DNA of 64,000 bases from Endomicrobiales bacterium (GCA_016929635.1 JAFGIL010000039.1:3251-67250); one strand, 5' to 3'. Numbered from the stretch's first letter, positions 10,148-19,505 are shown. Translations and numbers: made by a program. The notes: generated by a model not told the origin, from the letters alone.

Positions 10148-10523
10148 TTTTCTGTCCTCCCTTTAATTTATGTTCTACGGCAGTGATGAATTTTTTTAAC
10201 TCGATAGGTTTATGCAGTACGTCATTAATATCATAACCGAGCGCTTCCAAATCCTGCCTATAGGTGTTTACAGCCATACTGGCGGTAAACACGATAACCG
10301 GAACGCCCTTCTTTCTGGTTTCTTTAATGACTTCAATGCCGTTCACTTCAGGCATTTTTAAATCAACAACCGCCAAATCGATTTTTCCTTCTGTATTAAT
10401 TTTCTCTATGGCCTCTGCGCCTCCGTAAGCTTCAAGGATTTCGTAATCATACCTTCTTAAAAACCTTCCCATGACCTCAACTATCCTTGGCTCGTCATCA
10501 ACCAAAAGAATTCTTTCTCCCAT
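10140..10523 (-). CDS. Stand-alone CheY-like response-regulator receiver domain
   Basis: LLVDDEP acidic pair, VVDLKMP phospho-acceptor Asp, VFTAS Thr and HKP Lys are all present. The SD is GGGGGAAG. It overlaps the ntpK start by 8 nt. Confidence 0.85.
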   Translation of the reverse strand: MGERILLVDDEPRIVEVMGRFLRRYDYEILEAYGGAEAIEKINTEGKIDLAVVDLKMPEVNGIEVIKETRKKGVPVIVFTASMAVNTYRQDLEALGYDINDVLHKPIELKKFITAVEHKLKGGQKND

Positions 10524-10538
10524 AGTATTTGCTTCCCC

Positions 10539-12317
10539 CTAACCCTTGAAAGGTTTATACTCCGTCCCTGACCACTGCATATTTAAATGCCCGGAAAACT
10601 CAAGCATGTTGAGCCTGATCCCATGCACTATCACTGCCATACCGCCCAGAACTATGTTTAACCCGTGCCCGAACAGCAGTATAAGCGCGAAACCAAGCCC
10701 GCTTAAAATATTTCCCCAGCCAAGGCTTAAAGCCATGTCGTTGAAACTGCTTGCAATGGTAACTGACGCATAACCCACGGCAAAAAGCCTTAAATAGGAA
10801 ACTATGTGTGCAAAAGAGTTTACGAAATTGTTAAGCAGGTTCCCCAAACCCGAGAATATGCCTTTTATAACGTTCTTTCTGTTAAACTCAGAAAATAGTA
10901 TTACCAAAACAGCGCCTGATATCAGCAGCCACTTGGCTATTTCAGGAAACTGTTTATTCAAAACAACATTGCCTGCAAGAAAATAAAGGCCCCACAGGAC
11001 TAAAATCCATCCAAGCTGCCCGATTATTTTCAGGGTTTTCCTCAAACGCAGGCCGACCATCAGATGAGCGATGCTTAACTGAATCAATCCGATGATAAAA
11101 TTCAGCTTTATAATGTTCTCCATGTTTGAATCGATGTAACTGTTAACGCTGTCTACAATAAATAATTTAAAAAAAGGCATCCCGGCTATTTTTTCATACC
11201 CGAACCAGGTGCCTGAAAGGGCTCCCCAGATTACCGTGCTGAAAGACAATATGTAAAAAAGCAGGAAAGGCTCGGCCGGCGCCTTGGAAAATTTGCGCCT
11301 CAGAATAAAAGTCGCCAGGACAAACAGCAAACCATAGCCAGCATCGCCTATGAGCATAGCGAAAAATACGCTGAAAAATATCAGAAATACCTGGCTTATG
11401 TCATACTCCCTGTAACCGGGGACGGTTCCCATAAAATCAAAAACCGGCTTAATAACACGGCTTAAAAAAGAATCTGATAAAAGGACAGGGGCTTCCTCGT
11501 TTTCATCCAAATCCTGCACCAGCAATCCCCATTTGTTGCCTGACGCTGCCTGTTTAAGGGATTTGATTCTTGTAACCGGGCAGTAGCCCTGCATATAAGA
11601 AAACCCTTCCTCGATGCCCATGCTGTTCTGAACCAGGCTGAACTCAAGCGATTTTTCCAGCTTTTCCTTTTCTTTAACCAGTATATCGCGGAACCCCGCA
11701 AGCTCCGAAATTTCTTTTTCTGTCAGTTTGATATCCAGAGTATTTGCTTTTAACTCTTCCTGCAGCTCATCCAGGCTTTTTTCAGGAATGCTTATTTCAT
11801 TGAACGGCAAGGCCTCATCGGCTTCTCTTGCAACCAGGACGAAATATATAATGCTCCCCTTTTGATTTATTATTCTGACTATTTTATCTTCCGGGATCTT
11901 CTTAAACTCCTTTTTTGTACAGGAATACAGTTTAAAAAAGACTCCGCTTTCATTCAGCATCTTAGCATCTCTAGGCGAGAAAGACCCCCAAATTTTTTGT
12001 TCTGCGATCTTGTCCTTGATGTCTTTTTCGTTCTGGATGAATCTTTTTCTTCTTTCTTCCATAGTTAAAATGCTTCTCGTTATATCGGTATAATCAACAC
12101 CCTTTGAATATTCCTTTTGGTTATCAACCCCTTCAGGAAGGACGTTTATGGCTTTTTCATAATTGAGCAGCTTTGACTTCAGCTCATCAATGCTTTCCGC
12201 TGCGGGCGGCTTGACGTAGCTTACGTGCAAAACGCCTTCCTGCCTGAGCGTAAGGAGGGCGTTCTCCGCTTTTGATTGCGATATTAACAAAGTAACTTTT
12301 TTCATTTCTACAATCAT
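10539..12317 (-). CDS. ntpI: V-type ATPase subunit I (a-subunit, stator/ion channel)
   Basis: 592 aa with a coiled-coil soluble N-terminal half and a polytopic C-terminal half containing the conserved LRL Arg region (HIVSYLRLFAVG). Confidence 0.85.
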   Translation of the reverse strand: MIVEMKKVTLLISQSKAENALLTLRQEGVLHVSYVKPPAAESIDELKSKLLNYEKAINVLPEGVDNQKEYSKGVDYTDITRSILTMEERRKRFIQNEKDIKDKIAEQKIWGSFSPRDAKMLNESGVFFKLYSCTKKEFKKIPEDKIVRIINQKGSIIYFVLVAREADEALPFNEISIPEKSLDELQEELKANTLDIKLTEKEISELAGFRDILVKEKEKLEKSLEFSLVQNSMGIEEGFSYMQGYCPVTRIKSLKQAASGNKWGLLVQDLDENEEAPVLLSDSFLSRVIKPVFDFMGTVPGYREYDISQVFLIFFSVFFAMLIGDAGYGLLFVLATFILRRKFSKAPAEPFLLFYILSFSTVIWGALSGTWFGYEKIAGMPFFKLFIVDSVNSYIDSNMENIIKLNFIIGLIQLSIAHLMVGLRLRKTLKIIGQLGWILVLWGLYFLAGNVVLNKQFPEIAKWLLISGAVLVILFSEFNRKNVIKGIFSGLGNLLNNFVNSFAHIVSYLRLFAVGYASVTIASSFNDMALSLGWGNILSGLGFALILLFGHGLNIVLGGMAVIVHGIRLNMLEFSGHLNMQWSGTEYKPFKG

Positions 12318-12320
12318 TTT

Positions 12321-12923
12321 TTAACTCGCAGCTTTGTTTACCAGCTTTGTTTTTGCTATTTTCCCGCGCACAACGCCGGCTGTCTGTTCATCGCCCAGGA
12401 ATATGTTAATCACGCGTATATTGTCCCTGCTTTCAGGAATTTTAACTTTTTCAAACAGGTTTACGCGCTGTGTTGTTGTACGCAGCTCTTCCCGAAGCAG
12501 ATTTATCTGCTGTTCGATAATCTCTCTTTCTTTTTTCAATGACAGAAACTCCTTAAAAACCTCAACTGCACGGTCTATCCATAACGGTAATCGGAAAATA
12601 TCATATTTTTTTATTGTGAAATTAGCTTTCTTGAAAACCGGGATATCAACACCTGCAATGCTTGCAGCATCCGTCTCAATGTTATCGAGCTTAACGATAT
12701 CCGTAAAACCAACTTCCTCTCCGAAAACCTCCACCCACGACATTATCTCGTTCTTCATATCCGATTCTTTGTCAGAAACAACCTGATAGTTGTTCCTCAC
12801 TCTGTTTATCTCGGTCTGGAGCTGTTTTCTTTTCAGCTCCAAAGTAGGCAGATACCTTGAAAACCTTTTCAATGCATCTTTCTGCTTCTTCAGTTCGTTT
12901 TTTGTATATTTTATTTTGGACAT
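12321..12923 (-). CDS. ntpD: V-type ATPase subunit D
   Basis: 200 aa. N-terminus KNELKKQKDALKRFSRYLPTLELKRKQL, typical of V/A-type D subunits, and the expected operon position. Confidence 0.85.
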   Translation of the reverse strand: MSKIKYTKNELKKQKDALKRFSRYLPTLELKRKQLQTEINRVRNNYQVVSDKESDMKNEIMSWVEVFGEEVGFTDIVKLDNIETDAASIAGVDIPVFKKANFTIKKYDIFRLPLWIDRAVEVFKEFLSLKKEREIIEQQINLLREELRTTTQRVNLFEKVKIPESRDNIRVINIFLGDEQTAGVVRGKIAKTKLVNKAAS

Positions 12924-12924
12924 T

Positions 12925-13005
12925 TTTAAGTTGTAAGTCCTAAGTCGTAAGTGATAACTACATAATAATTTTTTTTTACAACTTACCGCTTATCACTTAA
13001 GGCTT
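12925..13005. repeat. Heptamer-word inverted module (xxTAAGT x4 ... ACTTAxx-type x3-4)
   Basis: tttaagt tgtaagt cctaagt cgtaagt (12925..12952), a 25-nt A/T spacer, then acaactt accgctt atcactt (12978..12998). It fills the whole 73-nt ntpB-ntpD gap. Confidence 0.6.
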
Positions 13006-14295
13006 TTTCGGCCAGAATTTGTTAATCAGGTCCGAGCGGAAGCTCGTCTCCATCGGGTCAAAGCATTCAGCAAGTATCTCCCATCCCGTATCCAATGCCT
13101 TCTCTAAAGGTATATTCACGGAAAGAGACATCAGCCTGGACTCGAACATCTCGCCGTACTTTAATAACTTGTTGTTCCACGCACTCATGCGGAAACCCAT
13201 TGCCTTCTTCTCAAGGGTCTCCTTGAACTGGGCATACAGCTGTATCATGCCGTCCATTATTGCGCGGTGATCCTCGCGCGACTTTTTATTGACTAACTGT
13301 TTCAGCCTGCTCAAGGAACCGAAAGGCTCTATGCGTTTGTTCCTTAAATAAAACTGCCCCTCTGTAATGTATCCTGTATTGTCCGGAACAGGGTGCGTCA
13401 CGTCATCGCCCGGCATGTTCGTAACGGAGATAACCGTTATGGAACCGCTTCCCTCAAAATCCACTGCTTTCTCGTATCTCTGTGCGAGCTGGGTATAAAG
13501 GTCTCCGGGATATCCCCTGTTCGAAGGCACCTGCTCCATTGTAATAGCTATCTGCTTTAAAGCATCAGCAAAATTCGTCATGTCGGTCAAAAGAACAAGC
13601 ACTCTTTTGTTCTTCAATGCAAAACCTTCTGCAACGCTCAGGCACATATCAGGGACCATAAGTCCCTCGACTATGGAATCAGAAGCGGTATGGACGAAGA
13701 AAACAGACCTGGATAAAGCTCCGCCCTGTTCCAGCTGGCTCCGAAAATATAAATACTGGTCATACTTAAGCCCAATTCCGCCAAGTATGATTATGTCAAC
13801 CTCTGCCTGAAGCGCTATGCGCGCAAGAAGCTCGTTGTACGGCTCGCCCGATACGGAAAAAATAGGTATCTTCTGGGACTCGACCAGCGTATTAAACACG
13901 TCAATCATCGGGATGTTCGTGCGTATCATTTTGCTGGGTATTATTCTTTTTGCGGGATTTACTATAGTACCGCCGACTTCGATAAAATTTTCGTTAAGTT
14001 CAGGGCCGTTATCCATTGGCTCGCCAATACCGTTAAAAATTCTTCCGAGCAGGTTTTCGGAAAATGAAACCTGCATCCTGTGACCCAGGAAACGGACCTT
14101 GTCTCCCGTGGAAACGCCGCGGCTTCCCGAAAAAATCTGCAGGGAGACGTTTTCCCCGTCCATGCGGATAACCTGCGACAGGGACTTGCCGTGAGCCGAC
14201 GTCACTTCAGCCAGCTCTTTATACATTATGTCTTTTGCGTTGACGCTGACAACGTTCCCGACTATACTTTCGATTCTATTGTATATTTTTTTCAT
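12997..14295 (-). CDS. ntpB: V-type ATPase subunit B (non-catalytic)
   Basis: 432 aa homologous to A/V-type B subunits ([21 protein letters not shown]..., [20 protein letters not shown]), with no canonical Walker A motif. Confidence 0.9.
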   Translation of the reverse strand: MKKIYNRIESIVGNVVSVNAKDIMYKELAEVTSAHGKSLSQVIRMDGENVSLQIFSGSRGVSTGDKVRFLGHRMQVSFSENLLGRIFNGIGEPMDNGPELNENFIEVGGTIVNPAKRIIPSKMIRTNIPMIDVFNTLVESQKIPIFSVSGEPYNELLARIALQAEVDIIILGGIGLKYDQYLYFRSQLEQGGALSRSVFFVHTASDSIVEGLMVPDMCLSVAEGFALKNKRVLVLLTDMTNFADALKQIAITMEQVPSNRGYPGDLYTQLAQRYEKAVDFEGSGSITVISVTNMPGDDVTHPVPDNTGYITEGQFYLRNKRIEPFGSLSRLKQLVNKKSREDHRAIMDGMIQLYAQFKETLEKKAMGFRMSAWNNKLLKYGEMFESRLMSLSVNIPLEKALDTGWEILAECFDPMETSFRSDLINKFWPKKP

Positions 14296-14325
14296 TTAAG
14301 TTATCCTTGTTTTATACATGTTTTT

Positions 14326-14400
14326 CGTAGGGTAGGTTTACCTGCCCGTTCCCGCAACGGGACTAGTCCCGTTGCGGGAACGGGCAAAGCCTCGCCCTAC
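14326..14400. repeat. GC-rich nested palindrome; the core is a 42-bp perfect palindrome (14344..14385)
   Basis: gcccgttcccgcaacgggac-ta-gtcccgttgcgggaacgggc is self-complementary. Outer cgtaggg...gccctac arms flank it. It sits inside the operon between ntpA and ntpB. Confidence 0.8.
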
Positions 14401-14401
14401 T

Positions 14402-16129
14402 TCATTTTTTTTCCTCCAGCTTAGTGTTTATCTCTTTTTCCTTCTTTATAAATTCATCCGAATTGAAAGGCATATAGTTCCAGTCTATGAATAGCTGCCT
14501 TAACTCATAAAACGATACCCTTGCTTTTTCTTTATCTTCAAATGAAAACTTCTTTTTTAAAACGTCTACAACCTTTGCAAACATATACTTTTGCCTGTCA
14601 GCAGTCGTTGATGCATCAACGGGATCAAACCCGTTCTGCTGTATGTAAACGTCGTCCAAAAACTCGCTTTTGAGATAAATAATGAAATCATCTATCGAAG
14701 TGCCTTCTTCGCCGACAACGGTCATCATCTGTTTTACCTCGTTGCCCCTGAATAATATATTCTTTGCGTAAGCAACCAGGCCTTCATCCACAAAGGATTT
14801 GTATTTGCTCCAGCTTTCAAGAGGGTCAACTGAGGGAAATTTTCTTGCGTTGGCACGGTCGCGGGACAATCCGTGGAACGCGCCTACCACTTTCAGGGTG
14901 CTCTGGGTAACCGGCTCCTCGAAGTTTCCTCCTGCAGGGCTTACAGTACCGCCGATCGTAAGTGTGCCGTTTTCATTATTATTAAGCTTCACGCTTCCCG
15001 CCCTTTCGTAAAATTCAGCGATTCTTGATTCAAGGTAAGCAGGATATGCTTCCTCTCCGGGTATCTCTTCCAGTCTTCCGGACAGTTCCCTCATTGCCTG
15101 GGCCCATCTTGAAGTAGAATCAGCAAGAAGCAGCACGTTTAATCCCATCTGGCGGTAGTACTCAGCTATTGTAATTGCAGTATATACGCTGGACTCTCTT
15201 GCCGCAACGGGCATTGAGCTAGTATTGCAGATAATAACCGTCCGCTCCATAAGAGACTTTCCTGTCCTGGGGTCAGTAAGTTTCGGGAACTCCCTGAGGG
15301 TCTCGACAACCTCTCCTGCCCTCTCGCCGCAGGCTGCTATGATAACAATATCCACTTCCGCGTGCCTGCTTGTAATCTGCTGCAGAACGGTTTTTCCTGC
15401 CCCAAACGGGCCGGGAATACAGTATGTCCCTCCTTTGTTTACGGGAGAAAACGTATCTATCAAACGTATCTTCGTAACGAGCGTTTCGCTCGGCGCCAGT
15501 TTTTCCTTGTATGCCTTTACGGGGAGTTTTACGGGCCATTCAAACATCATTGTTAAATCAAGCTCATTGCCGTCTTCATCTTTTACTTTCGCGATTTTAT
15601 CATTTACTTTGTATTTTCCTTTCGGAACAATTTTTTCTATCTTATATTTTCCTTTTAAATAAAACGGCACCATCACCTTGTGGTCGAAAATCCCTTCCGG
15701 CACCCGCCCCAGAAAATCGCCGCCTGTCACGACGTCGCCGGCCTTGCAGAGAGGGTTGAACTCCCATGTTTTTTTCATATCAAGGGCATTTTTAAAAACG
15801 CCTCTCGGCAAAAAGAAGCCGTATTCGTCTGCTATATGAACCAGGGGGTTCTGTAAACCGTCGTATATCTGGCTTAATAATCCCGGGCCAAGCTCAACCG
15901 ATAAGAGCTCTCCGGAAAACTCCACCTTGTCTCCAACTTTCAGCCCTGAAGTCTCCTCATAAACCTGAAGGTCCGCAATGTTTTTCCTTACGCGCACAAC
16001 CTCGGATTTTAAACGCGTCTTTCCTTCAAGGAACGCGTAACCGACTTCATTCTGCAGAACGTCGCCGTCAAACTCCACGGATATCATGTTTCCGCTTATA
16101 AACCTGACAACTCCCTGTGTTTTGTTCAT
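14402..16129 (-). CDS. ntpA: V-type ATPase catalytic subunit A
   Basis: 575 aa with Walker A GPFGAGKT and the non-homologous insert typical of A subunits. Confidence 0.95.
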   Translation of the reverse strand: MNKTQGVVRFISGNMISVEFDGDVLQNEVGYAFLEGKTRLKSEVVRVRKNIADLQVYEETSGLKVGDKVEFSGELLSVELGPGLLSQIYDGLQNPLVHIADEYGFFLPRGVFKNALDMKKTWEFNPLCKAGDVVTGGDFLGRVPEGIFDHKVMVPFYLKGKYKIEKIVPKGKYKVNDKIAKVKDEDGNELDLTMMFEWPVKLPVKAYKEKLAPSETLVTKIRLIDTFSPVNKGGTYCIPGPFGAGKTVLQQITSRHAEVDIVIIAACGERAGEVVETLREFPKLTDPRTGKSLMERTVIICNTSSMPVAARESSVYTAITIAEYYRQMGLNVLLLADSTSRWAQAMRELSGRLEEIPGEEAYPAYLESRIAEFYERAGSVKLNNNENGTLTIGGTVSPAGGNFEEPVTQSTLKVVGAFHGLSRDRANARKFPSVDPLESWSKYKSFVDEGLVAYAKNILFRGNEVKQMMTVVGEEGTSIDDFIIYLKSEFLDDVYIQQNGFDPVDASTTADRQKYMFAKVVDVLKKKFSFEDKEKARVSFYELRQLFIDWNYMPFNSDEFIKKEKEINTKLEEKK

Positions 16130-16148
16130 ACCTCTAGATTTTCCTTTA

Positions 16149-16694
16149 TTATTGTAATGTCCTATCCGAATCTAATACTGCTTTCTGGAAATATGTTGTG
16201 CCTCTTTCCTTTGTAAACCTGTTTAACCTTTCAATCAGCTGCAGTTTTAAAAAATAAATTATAAGATAACCCGCATCAAAATGATGGTCTGATTCAAGCA
16301 TGTCCAGAAAATTCCATCTTAATCCGATTAACTTGCGCTCTGCCGTAAACGGAGATCTTTCCTGGCTTATCTCTGTGACTTTCTGCTCAAGAGCGCCGTC
16401 CAAGTCATCGCCGGACCTAGTAAAATGTTTTACCTCAAGCCCCAGTTTTTTTGCCCTGCTGACAACCAGTGTGTTCCTGAGATTTTTTTCAAAATCACTC
16501 CACCTTCTCAACACCTCGTGCGAAGGACCCTTTAAAAACGGTTCTTCTATGCTTGCCCCTGAGACCATGGACAGGTCCTTTTTCCCCACCCACGGCTCAC
16601 AAAGCCCGATAAAATCCGAAGAAGTTATGGAAGGCTCTTCGTTAATCTTCAATAAAGGCAAACTTGAGACAAGATAATAGTATTGCACAGCCAT
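16149..16694 (-). CDS. DUF2764-like V-ATPase accessory protein (occupies the slot of the subunit-C/d-like hypothetical gene in Chlamydia-type operons)
   Basis: 181 aa between ntpE and ntpA, matching the order E-hyp-A-B-D-I-K known from Chlamydia and spirochaetes. The family assignment is from memory of that synteny. Confidence 0.5.
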   Translation of the reverse strand: MAVQYYYLVSSLPLLKINEEPSITSSDFIGLCEPWVGKKDLSMVSGASIEEPFLKGPSHEVLRRWSDFEKNLRNTLVVSRAKKLGLEVKHFTRSGDDLDGALEQKVTEISQERSPFTAERKLIGLRWNFLDMLESDHHFDAGYLIIYFLKLQLIERLNRFTKERGTTYFQKAVLDSDRTLQ

Positions 16695-16697
16695 TTT

Positions 16698-17303
16698 CTA
16701 TTTTTTATCCAGGATTTCTCTTAACTTCGGATTCAGATACTCCTTAAGCATCTCGCTTATTCCCGCATCCGTAATGTCGTAATAAACGTTGCTGCCCTTA
16801 AGCCCTATCATGAATCCTTTTTTAATCTCTTTTACTGGTTTGAACTCAACCCCGTGCTTCATTTTAGCCGGAAGTGCCGAAGTCACCAGTTTCTCGATAT
16901 TTTTCTTGTCCTTATCGTTCAATAAAACTTCAATATCCCTGGTTTTTCCGTCTTTAAGCCAGTTGTCGAAAAATTTTATCAGGATCTCTTTAATAGTACT
17001 ATCAGATAAAACCTCTGCTGTTTTTTCCTTCAGCAGGTTGTCAAATACCTTTGTTATCTCGTTTTTCAATCCCAGAACAATGTTTCTTGCGGACTGCTCC
17101 AGAGCCTTTTCGGAGCTTGATTGAAATTTTTCCACTTCTTTTTTTGCGTTCTTTACGGTCTCTTCCGCATCCTTTTTTGCCTTAGATACTATCTCCGCAG
17201 ACTTATCCTCGGCCTGTCTAATAATTTTGGAAGACTCCTCTTTTGCCTTGGTAACGCCCTCTTCCTTAATCTGGGAAATCAATTCCTGTAGTTGAGATTC
17301 CAT
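16698..17303 (-). CDS. ntpE: V-type ATPase subunit E (peripheral stalk)
   Basis: 201 aa with a Lys/Glu-rich coiled-coil N-terminus (AEIVSKAKKDAEETVKNAKKEVEKF). It is the first gene of the operon. Confidence 0.75.
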   Translation of the reverse strand: MESQLQELISQIKEEGVTKAKEESSKIIRQAEDKSAEIVSKAKKDAEETVKNAKKEVEKFQSSSEKALEQSARNIVLGLKNEITKVFDNLLKEKTAEVLSDSTIKEILIKFFDNWLKDGKTRDIEVLLNDKDKKNIEKLVTSALPAKMKHGVEFKPVKEIKKGFMIGLKGSNVYYDITDAGISEMLKEYLNPKLREILDKK

Positions 17304-17321
17304 ATTAACACCTCGTTATGC

Positions 17322-17365
17322 AGACCGTTCCCGGAACGGGCCTAGGCCCGTTCCGGGAACGGTCT
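17322..17365. repeat. 44-bp perfect palindrome, same family as 14344..14385
   Basis: agaccgttcccggaacgggc-ctag-gcccgttccgggaacggtct. It shares the blocks cgttcccg / aacggg / ctag / cccgtt / cgggaacg with the 14344 copy. It lies between the metF stop and the ntpE start. Confidence 0.8.
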
Positions 17366-17379
17366 TTTTACTTTAACCG

Positions 17380-18243
17380 TTATTTGCTGTTTTCAATTAT
17401 CTCCGGTATGTATTCCTCCATACCGATTGCCATTATATGAACACCGTCAGCGAAACTTCTTAACTCTTTTATTATTTCGGAGCATATCTTCATGCCTTCT
17501 TTTAAAGGGTCCGATGCCTGCTCGATGCGGCGGACAATCTTATCTGGGATATTCACTCCCGGCATGTTCAAAAGGAACTTTATAAACTGCGCAGATTTAA
17601 TCAATATAACACCGGGCAGGATTTTTACTTTATGCTGACTGACCAGTTTCAAAAATCCTTTGTACTGCTCTATATCGTAAATCGGCTGTGTCTGAAAAAA
17701 AGCAGCTCCTGCCTGAGATTTCTTTCCCATCATAATAACCTGCAGGTCAACGGGAGAGGCTGTAGGATTAACAACAGCACCCAGACAAAACTTAGGAGAC
17801 CCTTTGAGGTGCTTGCCTACCATGTCAACTCCTGTTTCAAGCTGCTTTGCAACAGTCAACAGCTGGACCGTATCAAGGTCATAAACAGGTTTTGCATCTT
17901 TATACTCCCCGATTTTATTGTGGTCACCGCTTAGAATCAAAACATTCTCTATACCCAGGACGTAAGCGCTCAATAAATCCGACTGCAGCGCAATCCTGTT
18001 TCTGTCGCGGCACGTCATCTGAAGTATCGGTTCATAACCTTTTTCTTTAATAAGCCGGCAGATAGCCATTGAACCCAGGCGCATCGATGCGCGCTGATTG
18101 TCTGTAACGTTTATACCATCTACAATCGGGCCCAGCAAATCCGACTTCTTCATCAATGATTCTACATCTGTCCCCTTAGGAGGAAAAAGCTCGGCTGTGA
18201 TTACGAATTTATTTTTATTCAGCTTCTCGCAAAATTTGCTCAT
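17380..18243 (-). CDS. metF: Methylenetetrahydrofolate reductase (MetF, acetogen-type small form)
   Basis: 287 aa. The MTHFR-fold motifs TAELFPPKG, DGINVTDN and LQMTCRDRN are present. A 4-nt ATGA overlap links it to the upstream metV-like gene. Confidence 0.85.
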   Translation of the reverse strand: MSKFCEKLNKNKFVITAELFPPKGTDVESLMKKSDLLGPIVDGINVTDNQRASMRLGSMAICRLIKEKGYEPILQMTCRDRNRIALQSDLLSAYVLGIENVLILSGDHNKIGEYKDAKPVYDLDTVQLLTVAKQLETGVDMVGKHLKGSPKFCLGAVVNPTASPVDLQVIMMGKKSQAGAAFFQTQPIYDIEQYKGFLKLVSQHKVKILPGVILIKSAQFIKFLLNMPGVNIPDKIVRRIEQASDPLKEGMKICSEIIKELRSFADGVHIMAIGMEEYIPEIIENSK

Positions 18244-18884
18244 TTCTTCTCTTTGTTATTCAGTTTTACGGGTTTTGAATATGTTTTCGGGGCCATATAT
18301 TTTTTCAATATCCCCTCTTTCACGTTTTTCTTCTTGTTTTTCTCAAATATCAAAACCCAGACACAATCATTATCCCTGTCAACCTCGCATTTTCCTTCTA
18401 CCGCACCTCCACAGGGGCCGTTAAGCATGCCTTTCGGGCACCTCGATATGGGGCAGATCCCGCCAGTTTCGGCAAGTATACAGTCACCGCAAATCTTGCA
18501 GAACTCGTTGTATATACCTATTCTCTCAATTGTACCCAAAAAAACCGGGTTTAACGAAGGATAGAGCGGCATATCTATGACTCTCTCTACCGCCTGAACC
18601 CCTCCGCCGCAGGCCATAATCAGCAAAGCATCTGCTGCTTTGACTTCCGGGAGCCGTGATAAATCTTTTTTTACTATCCTTACATCACAGGGCGTATCCA
18701 AAACTTTATATCCCGTAACCTCTTTTTTATTCTTTTTTAAATCATCCGCCATTTTCTTTACTGCTTCCTCGCCGCCTGTCTGGCATTTGGTTGCACAGGC
18801 AGCGCAGCCGACAACAAATATCTTTTTATATTGTTTTAAACTCTCTATAATTTCTTCTAATGGTTTTTGTACGGTTATAATCAT
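18240..18884 (-). CDS. metV: MTHFR C-terminal zinc-ribbon domain protein (MetV-like partner of MetF)
   Basis: Cys-rich motifs CAACATKCQTGG, CKICGDC and CPKGMLNGPCGG, characteristic of the MetV/MTHFR_C family. Confidence 0.7.
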   Translation of the reverse strand: MIITVQKPLEEIIESLKQYKKIFVVGCAACATKCQTGGEEAVKKMADDLKKNKKEVTGYKVLDTPCDVRIVKKDLSRLPEVKAADALLIMACGGGVQAVERVIDMPLYPSLNPVFLGTIERIGIYNEFCKICGDCILAETGGICPISRCPKGMLNGPCGGAVEGKCEVDRDNDCVWVLIFEKNKKKNVKEGILKKYMAPKTYSKPVKLNNKEKK

Positions 18885-18902
18885 TTTAATTCAAGTTAAA
18901 AT

Positions 18903-19505
18903 TTATTTTAAACTATCTTCTTGTTTTATTGGAGTGTTAATCTTTGATGCGGCTTTCTCCATGCCTTCGGTTAATATCGTTTCAACTACTTTTACAGCTT
19001 CTTCAATTATTCTGCCTATATCGCTTTCTTCGGTGCTGGTAAAATTGCTCAACACATAATCCGAGTGATTTATATCCGAAGGCACCGGACCGATTCCAAG
19101 CCTTAAACGCGGGAAATCAGATGTGTTTATATGTTCAATAATCGATGTAAGCCCGTTATGTCCGCCTGATGAACCTGCAGAACGCAACCGTATTTTTCCG
19201 AAAACAAGGGAAAAATCATCGACGACAACAAGCAGCTCCTGCGGAGATATATTAAAATAATCAATCAGTTTTCTTACCGCAAGGCCGGAGTTATTCATGT
19301 ATTTCTGCGGTTTCGCCAAAGTTAGCTTATAACCCGGCTCAATTAAATCGATGGTGGAAGTCTTGGCTAATCTCTCCCAGTTCCTCCACTTCCCATCCTG
19401 CTTTTCCGCAAACTCATCAACAACGCGGAATCCGAGATTATGGCGAGTTTTTTTATACTCTTCCCCGGGATTGCCAAGACCGACTATTAGTTTTATATTA
19501 GCCAT
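18903..19505 (-). CDS. pth: Peptidyl-tRNA hydrolase
   Basis: LIVGLGNPGEEYKKTRHNLGF N-terminus and a GGHNGL motif. Confidence 0.9.
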   Translation of the reverse strand: MANIKLIVGLGNPGEEYKKTRHNLGFRVVDEFAEKQDGKWRNWERLAKTSTIDLIEPGYKLTLAKPQKYMNNSGLAVRKLIDYFNISPQELLVVVDDFSLVFGKIRLRSAGSSGGHNGLTSIIEHINTSDFPRLRLGIGPVPSDINHSDYVLSNFTSTEESDIGRIIEEAVKVVETILTEGMEKAASKINTPIKQEDSLK

